A DNA stretch of 64,000 bases from Selaginella moellendorffii (taxonomy: Eukaryota > Plantae > Lycopodiophyta). Positions within the stretch are counted from its first letter, which is position 1, and every line of letters starts with the position of its first letter. The notes beneath the pieces were generated by a model. That model worked only from the letters and a program-made list of their open reading frames with translations. It did not search any database and had not been told where the DNA came from. This document shows, one piece after another, positions 37,729-51,898 of the stretch. A program made the translations under genes and the position numbers. The stretch covers positions 145,715 through 209,714 of the forward strand of contig NW_003314419.1 of assembly GCF_000143415.4 (NCBI RefSeq), given 5' to 3'.

Positions 37729-40700
37729 TGTGAGTGGTTATGCACTGGGAGGAGTTCTTATGCAAGAGGGACAGCCTATTGTATATGAGAGTCAAACTTT
37801 GAATCTTGTAAAGCAATGCTATTCCATATATAAGCAAGAGTTACTCTCTATTGTTCATGCTTTGTAGATGTGACGGCACTATCTTTATGGTGCAAAGTTC
37901 ATAGTGCTGACAAATCACAAACCTCTTATGTATCTTTTCACACATAAGGAGTTGAATACTAGGCAAGCTCATTTGATGGTCAAACTCATGGAGTTTGGGG
38001 AGTTTCTTGTTAAGCATCGTTTAGGAAAATCAAATGTGGTGGCAGATGTTTTATCTCATGTTTGTTATATGACGACATTACAAACATAGTTTTGTCATCA
38101 TTTGAGTAAGGTGGTCAATGAGTTTAGGTAATTGGTTGAGCATGCTCAGGCTTAGAATGTTAAGATGGTCTCTTTGTGAGCCTAGATGAAAGCACCTTTT
38201 TCATTGAAGGATAGGATTCTTTACTACAATGGTTGTGTATATTTGCCACAGGTGGATGCATAAATTACTCAAGTTTTATTTCACTATAATGATCATCCAA
38301 AGGCCAATCATTTTGGGGGGAAGAAGATGTATGAGTTAATTAAGCACAATTTTTATTAAAGGAATATGAAGGCTGATATCCTTGAGTATTGTAAATCATG
38401 CAAGCTCTGTCAGTGGGTTAAGGTGCCACGGGAGAAGTTAAGGGCACTTTTGCAACCTTTACCTATTCCTTAGAGTCATTGGTGTAATATTTCTATGGAC
38501 TTCATCACTTGTTTGCCACACACACAGAGGCAAAAAGAGCAAGTATGTGTCATAGTGGATCAGTTGACAAAGTATGTGTGGTTGTTAGCTCTTTGGAAGA
38601 CTATCATTGCCTCAGACTTAACTGCGATCTACTTGGAGAAAGTTTTTCCTTATTTTGGTTTGTCAGAAGACATCATTAGTGATTGAAATTTAAAATTCAC
38701 AAGTGGATTTTAGAAGAGCTTTGCAAAGGCTATGCAAGTGACTTTGAAACTCTTGAGTGGAAATCATCCTTAGATGAATGGGCAAATTGAGCGTGTGAAT
38801 CAGGTGGACTATGCTGTAGCATTGGTCAAAGGTAGGGATAGTGAGATTTATATTTTCTGTTGGTGCAATTTGCTTATAACAATAGCTAACACATTGGAAC
38901 TAAGCTAAGTCCTTACTTTGCCATGTTTGGAAGGCATCCCCGAACAACAGTGGAATTGGGATTGCATTTGAGTAAGGATGTTCAAGACAAGCTTGATTTA
39001 GAGGCGATTGATCTAGCTACAGAACTTAATGAGATTCTAGTGGTGTGCAAATGGAATTTGTATGCAACTCAAGATAGAGCAGAGAAGTTTGTTAATGAGT
39101 ATCACCGGGATTATAAAGTGGGTGATCTTGTCTTTGTACGAGTGATTTTTCTATCAAGTGAGCAGCAGAACACCTTGGTGCCTTTGTAGAGTGGGAAAAG
39201 TGATAAACTTTCTCATTGTTATGCTGGTTCATATAAAGTGCTGGAGCACATTGGTAAGGCAGCTTATCGAGTGTGGCTACTAGTTGGGGTGAAAATTCAT
39301 TGAGTATTTTATATCAGCTAGTTGAAAGGTGTACTATCTCGAAGTGACAAGCCCAATGCCTCTTTGATGTATACAGCTGTGGGAGATGGATTAGGAGCTT
39401 GAGTAAAGTTCCCCAGAAAGGGTGATCACCAATACAACTTGTCCTTGGGACAAGGACTTTGTTGGGGGGAAGAATTGTTAAGCACCAGCTTTGACCACCT
39501 GGTCAACACTGGTTAAAGGGAAGCTCAAGGGTACATTAAGGCATGTTAGGGTAAGGAACTTAACCTACCCTAGGGCTCACAATGGAGCGGCAGTGTAGTG
39601 GAGCTTTTGAGGTAACTCAAGTGTTGAGGAATATCAAGAGGAGGAGTAGCATACTTTAGAAAGACTAAATCTTTGTCTTTTCATGCCAGATCATAACACT
39701 AACTCCAGGAGAATGACTACAAAGTCATCTAACTTGAGGATTTGTCCTAAATGTATTGGTATACTTAGGTACAATAGCCATAAGTTCCTAGGACATTGGT
39801 TTAGGGATCAACCAATGTCTCCACCATATATCTAAAACTTATCATACATAGAAAGATATATATACAGATATAGATATGAGTATACATGGTGCAATGCTCC
39901 TAGATGCCATGCAATCAAAGATGTGATGGTTGTGTTCTTCGCTCTCCACACATGGCTTGTACACTCTAGACATCGAGAGACTCAGTGCTAGTTTGGGCGA
40001 ATCCCATTTCCAAAAGAATGGAACCAGCTCATTGCTGCTGACCCAAAACCAGTTTTTTCATGTTCAGCAGCATCACCACCATTACAAGGATCACTCTGCA
40101 AAGCCACCATCGCTAAAATCCCAGCACAGCAGGGCAAAAGTAGAATCTGGCATGCAAAGGATGAGGCTGGGAATCCCAAAATCCTGTGCTCTTGTTGTGG
40201 CAGGTTGAAGGTAGGGAACTTTGTTCTTTGTGTTGTCTGAGAGTTCTAAGCAAGTTTCTGGCTCTTCCTCTCTCTTTTTCTCTCTCTCTTTTGTGTTTGG
40301 CAGTATGCTCATCAAAGGTGTGTGCAGCACTGGTGCAACAAAAAAGAGGACACCATCTCCAAGATTTATCAATATGTAACATCATCTGCACTGAACTTAC
40401 AATTTGCTTACCTTCCTTATGTATGCTGATTTCAATCATTCTTTATTTTTGAATGCAGCCGAGGTAGAGCTCCATTCCTGAGAGTTATGACACAACACTT
40501 AAGAACTTAGCTGCGAATGTGGATTTCTGCATAAGGGTCACTAACCTGTTGCTGTTTCCATCACTGCATAATGTTTGTGATTTTGTTGCTCAAGTTGGCT
40601 GTGAGGAAAAGAAGGCACAAATTAGAATCAAAGCTATAAGTCTCAGTAGCAACCGGTAGTAGTAACTAGGTAAGGAACTTTGTTGTTCATGCTGGATGAG

Positions 40701-41046
40701 AGTTCTAAGCAAGTTTCTAGCATACCTTGCTTGTATTTGATGATTCTTTTGTTTTGTTTCCTTTTTCTTGGTGTCTGGTGCCTCACTCTGTTTTGCAGCC
40801 TTTTAAATGCTACACAGCACCAGTCCAGTCTCCTACTGCTCTTATTGCTCTTTCCCTGATGACCACTTGAGGTATGTGTACTTTTCATTTCCTTGTCATG
40901 CTCGTTCGATTCCTTGTCATTTAGTTTATAAAGCTTTTTGGTAGTGCTGCTTTTTTCATTGAGCAATGTCTGTGAAGCCGAGGTAGCTCCATTCCTGAGA
41001 ATTGTGCTTAAGAACTTAGTTGTGAACGTGGATTTCCATAGGAAGG

Positions 41047-41630
41047 TCACCAAACTGTCACAACTTCACAAACAGGCTTCTCTCCCTTGGCAGTAACCAC
41101 CACAGCATGACTAACATCCAGGTACTGTGTTGATGAGTGATTTCCCCAGATAATCACGCTCTTCACGTCTAAGACCTGGAAACCAGTCCTTTCAGAGATC
41201 TGCCTCAGCACCCAGTTGTGGTCCAGCCTTGTCAAGCAAGTGATGTTCTTGTCAGGAATGGAAGGGGAAAAATCCTTGAGGATCAACACATTAGTATGGG
41301 CAGGGTTGGCAACCACCAGAACCTGTCATGCCACGAGCTTCCAATTCCAAATGCTGATACGTTTTGTATTTATATGTTAACTTCACATCCTTGGCAGCAC
41401 ACTTTTCAAGAGCAGAAGCTTGAGACTTGTAGATGGAGACGTTCTTGGACATGATATCCTTTCGCTCCATCCCCACCCAGGAAATCCTCCAACCAGCAGT
41501 GCAATGTTAACACCCTTGCAAGCTTCCTCCACATCCATGGTGGCGACCACTCCTGAAAAACAAAGATCGGTGGAGAGACCTAGCTAAAAGAAATAAAAAT
41601 AGAATCGCATTGAAAAACTTACCTTTAAGC
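41047..41630 (-). pseudogene. MDH: Cytosolic malate dehydrogenase fragment
   Basis: [43 protein letters not shown] and [12 protein letters not shown] motifs, with short introns. Truncated and fused to unrelated sequence. Confidence 0.85.
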
Positions 41631-42202
41631 AAAGAAATTCCGAGTTGATGAGCTTAATCTTAACTCTAATACCATCAATGGAATAACAAAGCTTATACTA
41701 TTGATATATCTGGAAAGCAGAGCCTTTTGAAGATCATTCAAAAGCTTATGCTCTGAGACACATAGATACACTGCAAAAAAAATCTGCCCATCTATGCTGA
41801 GAGGACGTTAGCAATTGTGAAACCTCTAGGCTTTCCCCATTTCAAGTTGCAGTGCGGATTCTCAACACCAAGTCCATGAATTCCACATGGGAGATGTGTG
41901 GGTGCAACTGAACATCAGCTCAGAATGCATTGAAGAGTCCCCAGTTGGGATTGTCGCTCCTGCTTGCAGCAAAGGTTTTGCAAGAGCATCACCATAAGAA
42001 AGGAATGGACACAGGAACACCTTAAAAGCCCAAATTAAGCTCTGGAAATTGTTTTCTGCCTTCTAACCCCTTCCCTCAATTGCCTGAATTAATTCTTTGA
42101 ACCTGCTCTGGTTATTAAAATGTTGCCCTCATCTGTTTGCTGCACAAGAGCCAGTTCAAGCAACAACATAAAAACCTTAATCCATCCACACTGTCTCTGG
42201 AT

Positions 42203-44408
42203 TCAGCTCAAATTTTTTTTTAAAGACCTACTCGGAGTATCTTGAATAGAGATACCAGGAGCAGCTTGGTTGAGATCTTCACCTCCGCCAGCTCTTCCAT
42301 GAGGAGCTCCTGCTCTGAACGCTGAGCCAAGCTGATTCAACGGTGCCTTGAATTCCATTGCCACAACATTGTCAATTCTTGATTGCATCTTTTCAATGTT
42401 TTGCTGCACTTTGGCCATCCTTTGTTGAACTACCTCTTCTGCTTCAGTGCCAAACTGCATCAGAAGCTCCTTGGCAATATAGCCAAAAATTCCAATGACT
42501 GATCCTGAAAGCTCTTGGCATGTTAGATGCTGACCTGCTTTTGCATGTTCTTACCCAGAAGACCAATGACTTGAGCATGATCTGAAGCAAGGTAGATCAT
42601 TGTGGTGCAAATAAAAATTGGGATTGCTGCAAAAGCTGAAAAATACCTGCAGTTAGTAGATAAATAAATATATATATTTCGTACCAAAAAGTGCTTGATC
42701 ATCAAGCGGAATTCTAAAAGGGCGAAATGCATCTGGTTCAGTGTAACGCAATTGCACTAGCGAACAGAACTTAATTATTGTAGATAGTGCATAAAACAGC
42801 ATATCAGCCTGCAAAAATAGGATGTATTTTTTGGAAAAAAAAAAATTGGGCATATGGACCTCTGCTAAAGAGATTGCGCTAAATCCAATCAGCAGTAGAG
42901 TACACCCAGAAGTGAGCAAAATGGCTTTATAGGGAGTACGATAGGTTGGATGTAGTTTTGAGAACATAGATGGCACCTACAAGGGTATCACTAGGTGCAA
43001 AAATATTTTAGGTAATTTCACCTGTTCCACTTGTGACATCCCATAAATGATACGTGAGTTTGTGCAAAGGCGCACGAGCAGGAGTCCCAGAGCACTAAAC
43101 ACCTCCGACAATCCCATCCACACCTGCAATTTCGTCATAATAAACGAAAAGAATTCTAGAGTAAACAACCTTGAGCCCTTTTCCACCGATAAACTTTGCA
43201 GCACGCATATATGTTCCATTCTTCCAGTCGGTAAAGTTTGGAATGACACTAACTCCAATTACTGTCGGCATAGAAAAAACTGCTGATATAAGCATTACAG
43301 ACGCTGCCAAAGCACGGGGATAAGAATGTGAAGGGTTTTTTACTTCTGCTGCACACGTTCCTGCTGCATCAAAACTGCAACAAAGAGCCATTATCAGACA
43401 ATGGCAACTCAAAAGCAGACATGCAGACCCTGAAGTATTCCACAGTAGCACAGTGAAAAATTTTCCCCAGTCTATTTTCTTCGGTAGAGGTCCCCTGGCC
43501 CAATCAAAATTTAAATATGGTAGACCAAGGATGATCATGGAAAAGAATGGTGCAAGAACTAGACATCCTAACACAATGGCGGCTTTGCCTGAACAATTGA
43601 AATATAAAATAAGAGAACAAGTTTAATTGTGTAACTTACCAACAAGACCAATACCAAGGATGTTAAGTGCAGATGCGAGCACAAGAACCATGACCTTGAG
43701 GAGTACACTCCACCCAAACGAAATGTGATGGGTATCTTCGTCGTAAAGCAATGCTGACAAGTATTCAACAAATAGAACTGGATAAAGCGCGTTATCAAGA
43801 ACACTGCAAGCAAATGCAAAATAGCTATTGACAAAAGACCAGAAAGGTCCCAAAGCCCGATAGACCCACAAAACATGACCACCACTCTCTGGAATCATGC
43901 ACGAGAGTTCCGCAGTCATTAACGCAAGAGGTGCCGACCATAGAAATGGGTATAGAAAAAGCCCGAGCAGCATCAATACCGCTCCACCGGTCTGAACGGT
44001 TTCCTCAAATCCAAAGGGTCCCTGCAAATGCAATGGAATGTATTCCTAGGAGAGAAGTAAGCAAAAGCATTATATTTACTGCTCGCGGTTGCTCTGTTTT
44101 AACCTTGAACTTACCCCTGTGACACAGAAAAATGTCAATCCGACAAGCTGCAGTGTGCTGAGAAGCTTGACCTGGCCCTGCGATTGGAATGCCGGCGGCA
44201 ACTTTGGAGCTTTCACGGCCTTAAGGCGTTTGTCTGCCTCCGCTGACAAGTGCACTGGTGGTTTTTGCTTGGTGCGTACATCGAAATCCCAATCGTAATC
44301 AAACAAGTAGGAAGACTTTCGCGGCTCTATGGAAGAGGAGGAGGAGGCTTCACTGGGCACAAGAAGAAGGGCAGTATCAACTGCCTGGCTTCCCTCTGAA
44401 ACCATCAT
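42203..44408 (-). CDS. Polyamine/amino-acid transporter (APC superfamily, PUT/LAT/RMV1-like), multi-exon
   Basis: LVGLTFFCVTG|GPFGFEETV, ALMTAELSCMIPESGGHVLWV, LDNALYPVLF, IDWGKFFTVLLWNTSG, YPRAL, HPTYRTPYKAI, LRYTEPDAFRPFRIP, with ~50-nt GT-AG introns. 3' end approximate. Confidence 0.88.
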
Positions 44409-46319
44409 TGCCCATTCAATTCAGCCGTTCACAATTTATTTGTCAAATAACTCAAAATCGATTTTCTGAAATTGCCTCTTGGTTTTTATGTTGTGAGAAA
44501 TTCCTTGGAAGAATTTATTCTGTTCTAGATATCATCTCCTCGCAGAAGTAGCAGTCCCTTTTGATCGTAGACAAACCAAAGAACGCGAGGCTGTGGGAAA
44601 TTCCCCAGAGACAAAGAATCAAAAAGGAGAGAAGACTACTACCATGAAAATCGCCAGGAGAAAGAAGTTGCTGGTTCGATAGTATCTTGAAGACTAGTAA
44701 CCGGTTTTCCTCAAAGACCATCTCGCTGCCGCTCAAGCACAACACAACCGATTCTCAAGAAGGATTGTGGGTTGTGAGAGATTTTTCTCTTTCAGCGTCT
44801 CCAAGACATTGGCAGCACTTGGAGAGTCTTTCGCATAGACTTGGAAAAAGTTTTTGGTCACAATCTCACTCATTTTAGGGACATCCAGCTCAAAGCCCAC
44901 AGAGCAGCAGATTTCTTCTTTACCTTCTCAATTCAAGCTGTAGCGACTGTATCTTGGTTGTACTGTCATCACTTTTGTATTTTGCTGTTTCGAGAGAGCT
45001 TGTTGATTAACACTAACTGCTGGCTTTCCATCTGCTCACGTAACTCATTTTGCTTCCTGCATTAAACAATATTAGCACCTCCATGTCCTGGCCAGCAATC
45101 TTCAGGTGGGTTGACATATTCTTGTCATCATAAACACAACCGATCTGCATTCTTGACTGCAGCTCTAAACATGCACTGGATTCTATACCACAAGCTTCTC
45201 TACTTATATTGCCAAAAGATTTCAATTGAAGATTATCAGGAGAGTTTGTTTTGACATTGCAGGCACAGGTAGTGGATGGTTTTTTTAAAACTCTTAGAAG
45301 CTACTTAGAATTGCTATATGCAGATGTACACACTCACACGATCATAAAAGTTCAATCTAAAAATGAGCACAAGAGTCACAATATTAAAAAAAAATATAAA
45401 AGCTCTTTATCCTGGTCAGTTGTTTGCTAATACTCAGCTCTTCTTGGTATATACTGAGGCTGTTCTACCGATCTTTTGATATGTGTACACTGGTAGCTGT
45501 GTAATTTTTTATTTCTTTCTTGATTCCATCACACTTTTATCCAGCTGAGGGAGTGTATCTTCATTTATAAGAGAAAAATTTGAAACAAGAAAAAAACCAC
45601 TCATAGTAAGTTAATTGTTTTACAAAATGGAGAAAAAGAAGAAAAAATTCACCCAGATGGCAATGAACCGTTAATGGCAATGAGGTGAACATTAAAAGCT
45701 GCTAGAAGATGGTGGAGATCACTGGCCATATCTCTGCAGTAACGATTCTCACGTCAGCAAAGGAGGAGAAAAAAAGCAAGAAAACAAATAAAAAACGAGT
45801 GTAGACATTAAAATACTTTACTGTTTCAAAGAATCTCAAACTAATGGCAGTTCCATTGTTTGAGCTCTACGATAATGTAGGTAAGAGAAGAAACATGTCT
45901 TTCAGGGAGGAGAACCATGCAGAACTTCTTACACTCCTGACACAAGAAATAATAAAAGAAATGAGAAGATCATACAAAAGAGTTATGAGTAATGATACCT
46001 TTGGTTTGATGATGTGAGGAGGGCAGTAAGGATATGGCAGCGTCTCAAATTTTGGTTTCTACCAAATTGCCACAAACTCTTCAAACTGGAAGGAATGGAA
46101 ACGAACAAAACCAAAGTTCTTTATGTCTTCGTGTATATCCATCATACCTGTTCAGGCTCGATTGAAGCTGCCATTGGAGCAACCTTTCTCATGAGCTTCC
46201 TCTTCAATCCTTCCACCTCTAGTCAGCAGAGTTATCAAGGTTAGCAGAGTGAGTGATGAAAGAAAGCTTCTTTACCGTTTTTCTCCAGACCTGAGTCTTC
46301 CTCCGGGAAGCTCGAAAAC

Positions 46320-46630
46320 GTATTCTGCTGCTCGTGGGCGATGGCAGACCCTACAAGATCTTTTTCTCTGTCCCTCATGAAATCTTCGTCCCTGCACCAA
46401 CCTGCTCACCGACACTGGCTTTGCCACTACATACAAGTGAGCGTTCCCAAACCTGATGGAGAATTCTCGTGTGACCTTGAGATCTTCTCACTACTGCTGC
46501 TGCGACTCCGACTTACCTGTAGCATGAAATCGGCTCTACCATTGGGACTTCTAGACAGCCTTTCTGTCACCATGCTACAGTTAAAAACTGTGACACAAAA
46601 ACATACCCCAACCGAAGAACTTTCTTCACA
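46320..46630 (-). repeat. Dispersed gene-fragment repeat (MVTERLSRSPNGR...), also at ~52490-53340 (+) and ~63220-64000 (+)
   Basis: Shared exon-like sequence. The plus-strand copies carry an extra segment with (GA)n and (CAG)n runs. Confidence 0.75.
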
Positions 46631-47252
46631 TGCTACAGAAATGCGAAACAACATGATGACTTCAGTTCCAACCCAGGCCCAGTGCATCTGGCATATCTCT
46701 TTTTATTGACCCACCACAATGATGAGCATCTCTTATGCTAAGAAGAAAATGTAAGATTTTAGGTAATAGCTTATAGTGCCACAACTTCGTCTGTTTGTAC
46801 CAACTGTCAGCATTGCATACTTTGTGGAGTCATGTAGAGGCTGAGACTCTGTAGGTTCTGTTGAAGGTGTTGTAGTGAGCATCAATGATATAGGCTAAAA
46901 CAGTGGTCAACTTACAATAGCAGATAACATCGACAAGTCTGATATGATAATAGAGCATGTGGATTCCAGACAATAATCTAATGACAGCTCAAATTCCATG
47001 GCAATATGATGGAATTATTCAAAGAGTTGATGAATGAATTTTTTTCTGGAACTCCACCAACAAGATGTTTCATTAATTTACAAGAAGACAGTTATTTCAA
47101 GAAAGCAAATGTCATAGGCATGAGCATTATTTCATGTATAATAGATGATGCCAGAATAATTCCTTGACACTGTTTTTCGGAATATTGCAAGGGAATACAC
47201 AGGGGTAAGTGCAAAAGGAAATGAAACAAGCCCATATTAAATACATGTTGTT

Positions 47253-47639
47253 TTGCAGATACCTGGATACTTTGAAGTAGATAAGCTCCATTCAGTTTTT
47301 ATACACACAGTTTGTTCATCATGCTGTGGATCAAGATTGCAACAAACTTCTAAAGGTGAAGCAATATGTAAAATATGTAAATATGCAGGACCTATAAAGG
47401 AACACACCACGCTAAAGGCCCAGCTTCACCTTGGACAAGACACGTTCCAAGTAACTATACCTCCGCATTTGGTTGATCAACTGTATGGAACAAAAGTGTC
47501 TTGGAATGAAGACCCTACAAAAGCCAAGCACTACATGTTTGGACATTCACCAGAGGGAAAATTCTTAATCAGTGAGTCCAAAGATGTGCTAGCATTTGCA
47601 CCAGAAAGAGAAAAAGCTTACCTCACTTTCAAAGTGTAA
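47253..47639 (+). CDS. OB-fold/zinc-ribbon fragment (RPA70 C-domain-like)
   Basis: VCSSCCGSRLQ...ICKICK CxxC pair followed by beta strands; lies next to the RPA70 remnant. Confidence 0.4.
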   Translation: MQIPGYFEVDKLHSVFIHTVCSSCCGSRLQQTSKGEAICKICKYAGPIKEHTTLKAQLHLGQDTFQVTIPPHLVDQLYGTKVSWNEDPTKAKHYMFGHSPEGKFLISESKDVLAFAPEREKAYLTFKV

Positions 47640-48649
47640 TCAACAAGTTCTTGCATTCTAGAAACTTTGACATTCCTTCAAAAAACTAAACCTTTGCCTT
47701 TACATCTGTGCCTTTACTCTTTGATTTCTGATGTTGAAGTATGTGAAGCTTTTATGCAGAATTGGTCAGATTCTAAAAACAATGCACTGGATCTTTGCAC
47801 GGAAATATGGGGAACATTTGAAAGAACCCGGCACTTGAGGTGATATGCTCATTAAAGTTTGTGATTTGTTTATCTTGAGGCATCTTTTTTTTTAGGCACT
47901 TCAAGCATTGACTTACATGGGAACTTTCATTGATGGGGTCAACAATTCCATTGAATATATTCCCAACCTTTCAACATCAGAAGGTTTGTAAATTCAGCTG
48001 TTTACAAACCTTCCTAATTCTCCCACTAATGTATTACATACCTGGAAAGAGATGTATATAATGGCATTGCATGGATCACACTGCTTTGTACAGTCCAATC
48101 AAATATACAGGCCCACTGTGTGGGATTGTTTAGGCACGTTCATGACAAAAACTCATGGATTATGACGTACTCTACTCGCTCAGATAACTACAACTTAATG
48201 TTCTGCTCAGCAAGCAGCCAGAAGAATATCTGGTCTGTCTCTAGAGATTGCAAAGTTGTGTCAATGGTCCAAGACGATGGAACTGAAGCCAAAGTGATAG
48301 ATGTTTACAATCTCAATGTGCCTTTCATTGGTGATCCAATGAACACCAAAATGCATATCCTTCAAGGTTAATGTAATTACAGAATATGTATTTAAAAATC
48401 ATGATATAGAAAAGGCTGAACTTCTTACAATCGAGTAAGCTTTCCCATACTTTCACACAAAACTTTTAACATAACCACCTATGAAATCTCATGCTTGAAT
48501 ATTTCTTTGTTAATATAAAGAAACAATATAAACGAAAAGCCAACAACTGAAATATATATGACACTCCCAGATTTTTCTTCTGATATATCTTTTATAAAAA
48601 AATAAACAAAAAATGATTACATTTTTTTTGTCTGTTTCATATCAAGGGA

Positions 48650-49870
48650 GAGAGTTCTAAGAAGCTGAGATGCCAATTAAGGACAGCGGCCACTGCTACT
48701 GATGGTCTTTTCATGCCAAGGTGACACACAAAGGGAAACTTGTATTCTTTTAAACAGGCACAGATGGGTGTGTTATGTCAGTTGATGTTGCTGATGCATA
48801 AAGTTCCGAAATATATATTGCTGGGTTTGGCGAGAATGCAAAGCATCTTTCAAGCGAGATTGAGCAAGGCAGTGTGTATATATTTTCAGGGAACAGTGGT
48901 GTACAGCACTCTAAACCAGCATATACACCATATAAATCAAATTGGGAGATAAAAGCAAGCAAGACTATGGAGATCAAGTGTGCAGAGGATGATCTACGTA
49001 TTCCAAATGTTGTTCTTAATAGAAGGAGTGTTTTAGATGCTTCTAAGCTCAGCCAAGAGACATTTGTAGATGTGATTGGCGGTGTAATGTGGATTGGACA
49101 AACATTTCTCCTAAGGATTCTGGAGCATTCATGAGAAGGAGGATGCTTTCTTTGAGTGATGAATCGGGCCACAGTATAGACATGTGTCTGTGGGATTCAG
49201 AGGCTGAAGATGAAGGTTCAGAAATCAAGGAGAAACCTGGACAAGGGGAGAGGCCTATTGTATGCGTGAAGGGCAGCCAGATTTCAGATTACAATGGCAA
49301 GTCCATTTCAATCACAGGTGGCTCTAACCTTTTAGTTGATCCTGAATTAGAAGATGTCTCATGGCTGTGTGAATGCTAGCTACAACACAACCATATTTGT
49401 CCATGTGACCAACTCTTCTTCTAAAGCAGTGATTTCTGGTACAATGAGATGTTGTCTATCAACCTGAAGGTTTCTGAGTTCTCTGCTATTTTTCATGTTA
49501 TTGTGTCGGTGAAAGAATTCCAGACTGGTGACTTCTATTACCCAGCATGCATGAAGGTTGTCAATGGAAGGCAATGTGGCAAGAAGGTTACTCAGGTCTC
49601 AGAAAGTATGTGGCAATGCAACTCTTGTGACACTGATTTTGGAGATATTCACTTCAAATATGCACTACACTTATGTATTCTGGACAGCACTGGACATATA
49701 TGGGCAGTTGCATTTGATGATGCTAATGAAATTGTAGAGATGCCTGCATGTAAGCTGGCTGCACTACAAGATGATGATTATACTGTTTTTTTTACCGTAA
49801 TGGACTCTATTTGATCAAAGATGTACAATCTGAAGTTCGTTGCAAGCTTGAGAGCTACAGAGATACCAAA
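48650..49870 (+). pseudogene. RPA1: Replication protein A 70-kDa subunit-like remnant (probably Helitron-borne)
   Basis: FVDVIG, RRMLSLSDESGHSIDMCLW, ISDYNGKSIS...LLVDPE, FYYPAC...CGKKV...WQCNSC, ILDSTGHIWAVAFDD. Intronless, with frameshifts and stops. Confidence 0.85.
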
Positions 49871-51871
49871 AAATTATAGTTGGACTTGACACTTAAAAGA
49901 AAAAATGTGCAAGAAAACAAAAAGTATGTTTTATTTCTTTCTACTATTGTTTTATAATTTGTTGTGTGTGGTATCAGGTTTCTAAGTATAAGCCAAGTTG
50001 GAGCTTTCAAACCTAATGTTGTGTAGAAGTTGATGAATGATTAAAACAATATGTAGTACTGTACTTAGTTACAAATTGTTTAAATTTACTAAGTAGTGGC
50101 AAACATTGCTACAGAATAGATTTAATAAATATAATTTTTGTTACATATAAAAATGTGAATTAATAAATCATTTTAAATAATAAAATGATAATATTATCAC
50201 TAATGTATAATTTTAATACTGTAATAAAATATTATCACTAAATTATCAATATTGTAATAAAAATATTATAATATGCATATATCTTAATAATATAAATTAA
50301 ATTTTAGTACATAGACTATTTTTTTTTCTAAAACTATGAGTCTATGATATAGATCATACCAAATATGGTAAGTCATATAGAGCAGAATACAAAATAATAA
50401 TCACTGCTGCTGCCACCATGATCATCTATATACGTGTATGATCTTTTAAAGTTTTAGCTTCTTCCTCTCACAAAATATCAAGTTTCTAGATTTTCACTCG
50501 TGCAGCCATTCATATCGAACCTATTTAAGAGTGGAATTTCATAATGAGTAATTCCACTTATCAAAGATCAAAGATAAAATGTTATAAGTTTTATTTATTA
50601 TGTTATGATGTGTGTTGGTGATCAAGTAAATTGTAGAAGGAAATTTTTAAAATAAATATTATATTATGTTTAACCATATATTTTATAATATTTATTATAT
50701 TAAAAATTATAATTATGATTATAAATCTTGTGTAAAATACTTTTTTTATCAGTAATCTTATGGTACTTATTAATACGAGCATAAATAAAATTAAACCCAT
50801 TGAGTTGTCAAATGGCTAAGATATAGTCTAAGGTTTATATATTATCATAAAATTTTCTAACACTTAATCCTACATTGCATTTATACATGAAAAAAACTGC
50901 GATTTAATTATATCAGATCTATCTATATAACATTCATGAATTTTCTAATAAATTATAATTCTAGCATAAAGAAAAGATTACATATCATGAAACCCTACTC
51001 TACCCCAGTATAGAGTAAAACATTACCATTCATTTATCATAATAAAATTTCAGCATTCATAACAGTTTTATAAAGCCTTAATTTTAAATATATTTACATG
51101 AATATAGAGAGATAATAATCTTATTTCAGATTAGAATTCTCTATATATAAAAATATAGAAAAAAGAATGTTTATGTTAAATAATAGAATACTTCTAATTT
51201 TAAATATTACTCTCAAAATGCATAAATATAAATATTAGGTAAAGAGGTAATATCAAAGATAAATATGTAAAATTTTAAAATTTTTTGAAAGAAAAAATAA
51301 CACATTAACCTAACATCTTTGACTTAGTATCATGCAATTCCAAAACTTTCAGTCTGAAATGAGGAAAAGATAAACTCCATAATAATATTTATATTTTTAT
51401 AAATTTAAAAGATGTTTTTAGTTTAGATGAGTTTATATATATCATCATTATATTTTAGTGTACTTAAGTAACACTTACTTTCTTAAGAGGAAAAATTGTA
51501 GAGTTGAATGAATCATCAAGTAATAATATTGTTTATCAATTGTATAGAGATTTCAAATAAAAGAAAACATTAGTTATTAAACCTCAATCTCTAAATGACT
51601 CATCTGGCCATGGGATCCCACAGTGAGCAATTCCATTTATAGAAGATCCAAAACTTCACTAAACAATCAGTTTTAAATATGATATAATGTAATGAGTTTT
51701 AATTATTATGTTATGATGTGTGTTGGTGATAGATTCAATTTTAGAAAGGATTTTTAATATAAATATTATGTTATGTTTAACTATATATCTTATAAATATG
51801 ATTATGTTAAAAATTACAATTACACTTACAACTCTTTGAAATTAATAAAATATCAGAAATAAACACGATGC

Positions 51872-51898
51872 TCCCAGTGTAGCTGGGACTTTTGCTAG
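51872..51898 (+). mobile_element. Helitron-like 3' terminus (hairpin + CTAG)
   Basis: TCCCAG-TGTAG-CTGGGA hairpin, 6 nt, then CTAG|T. It ends an AT-rich repeat downstream of the RPA70 remnant. Confidence 0.6.

Larger units (their letters stand above)
29048..39698 (+). mobile_element. Degenerate Ty3/gypsy retrotransposon (element C)
   Basis: ~230-bp LTRs at 29048-29280 and 39476-39698. TSD CCAAC/CTAAC. PBS TGGTATTAGAG at 29282. PPT GGGGGGAAGAA before 39476. Gag with zinc knuckle (HCGRLGHYKID); protease LLDSGS ~36730; RT end KCEFAKSEVEYLG; RNase H (TCD...LTNHKPL); integrase MDFITCLP. Order PR-RT-RH-IN. Many stops, and most of RT is deleted. Confidence 0.92.
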
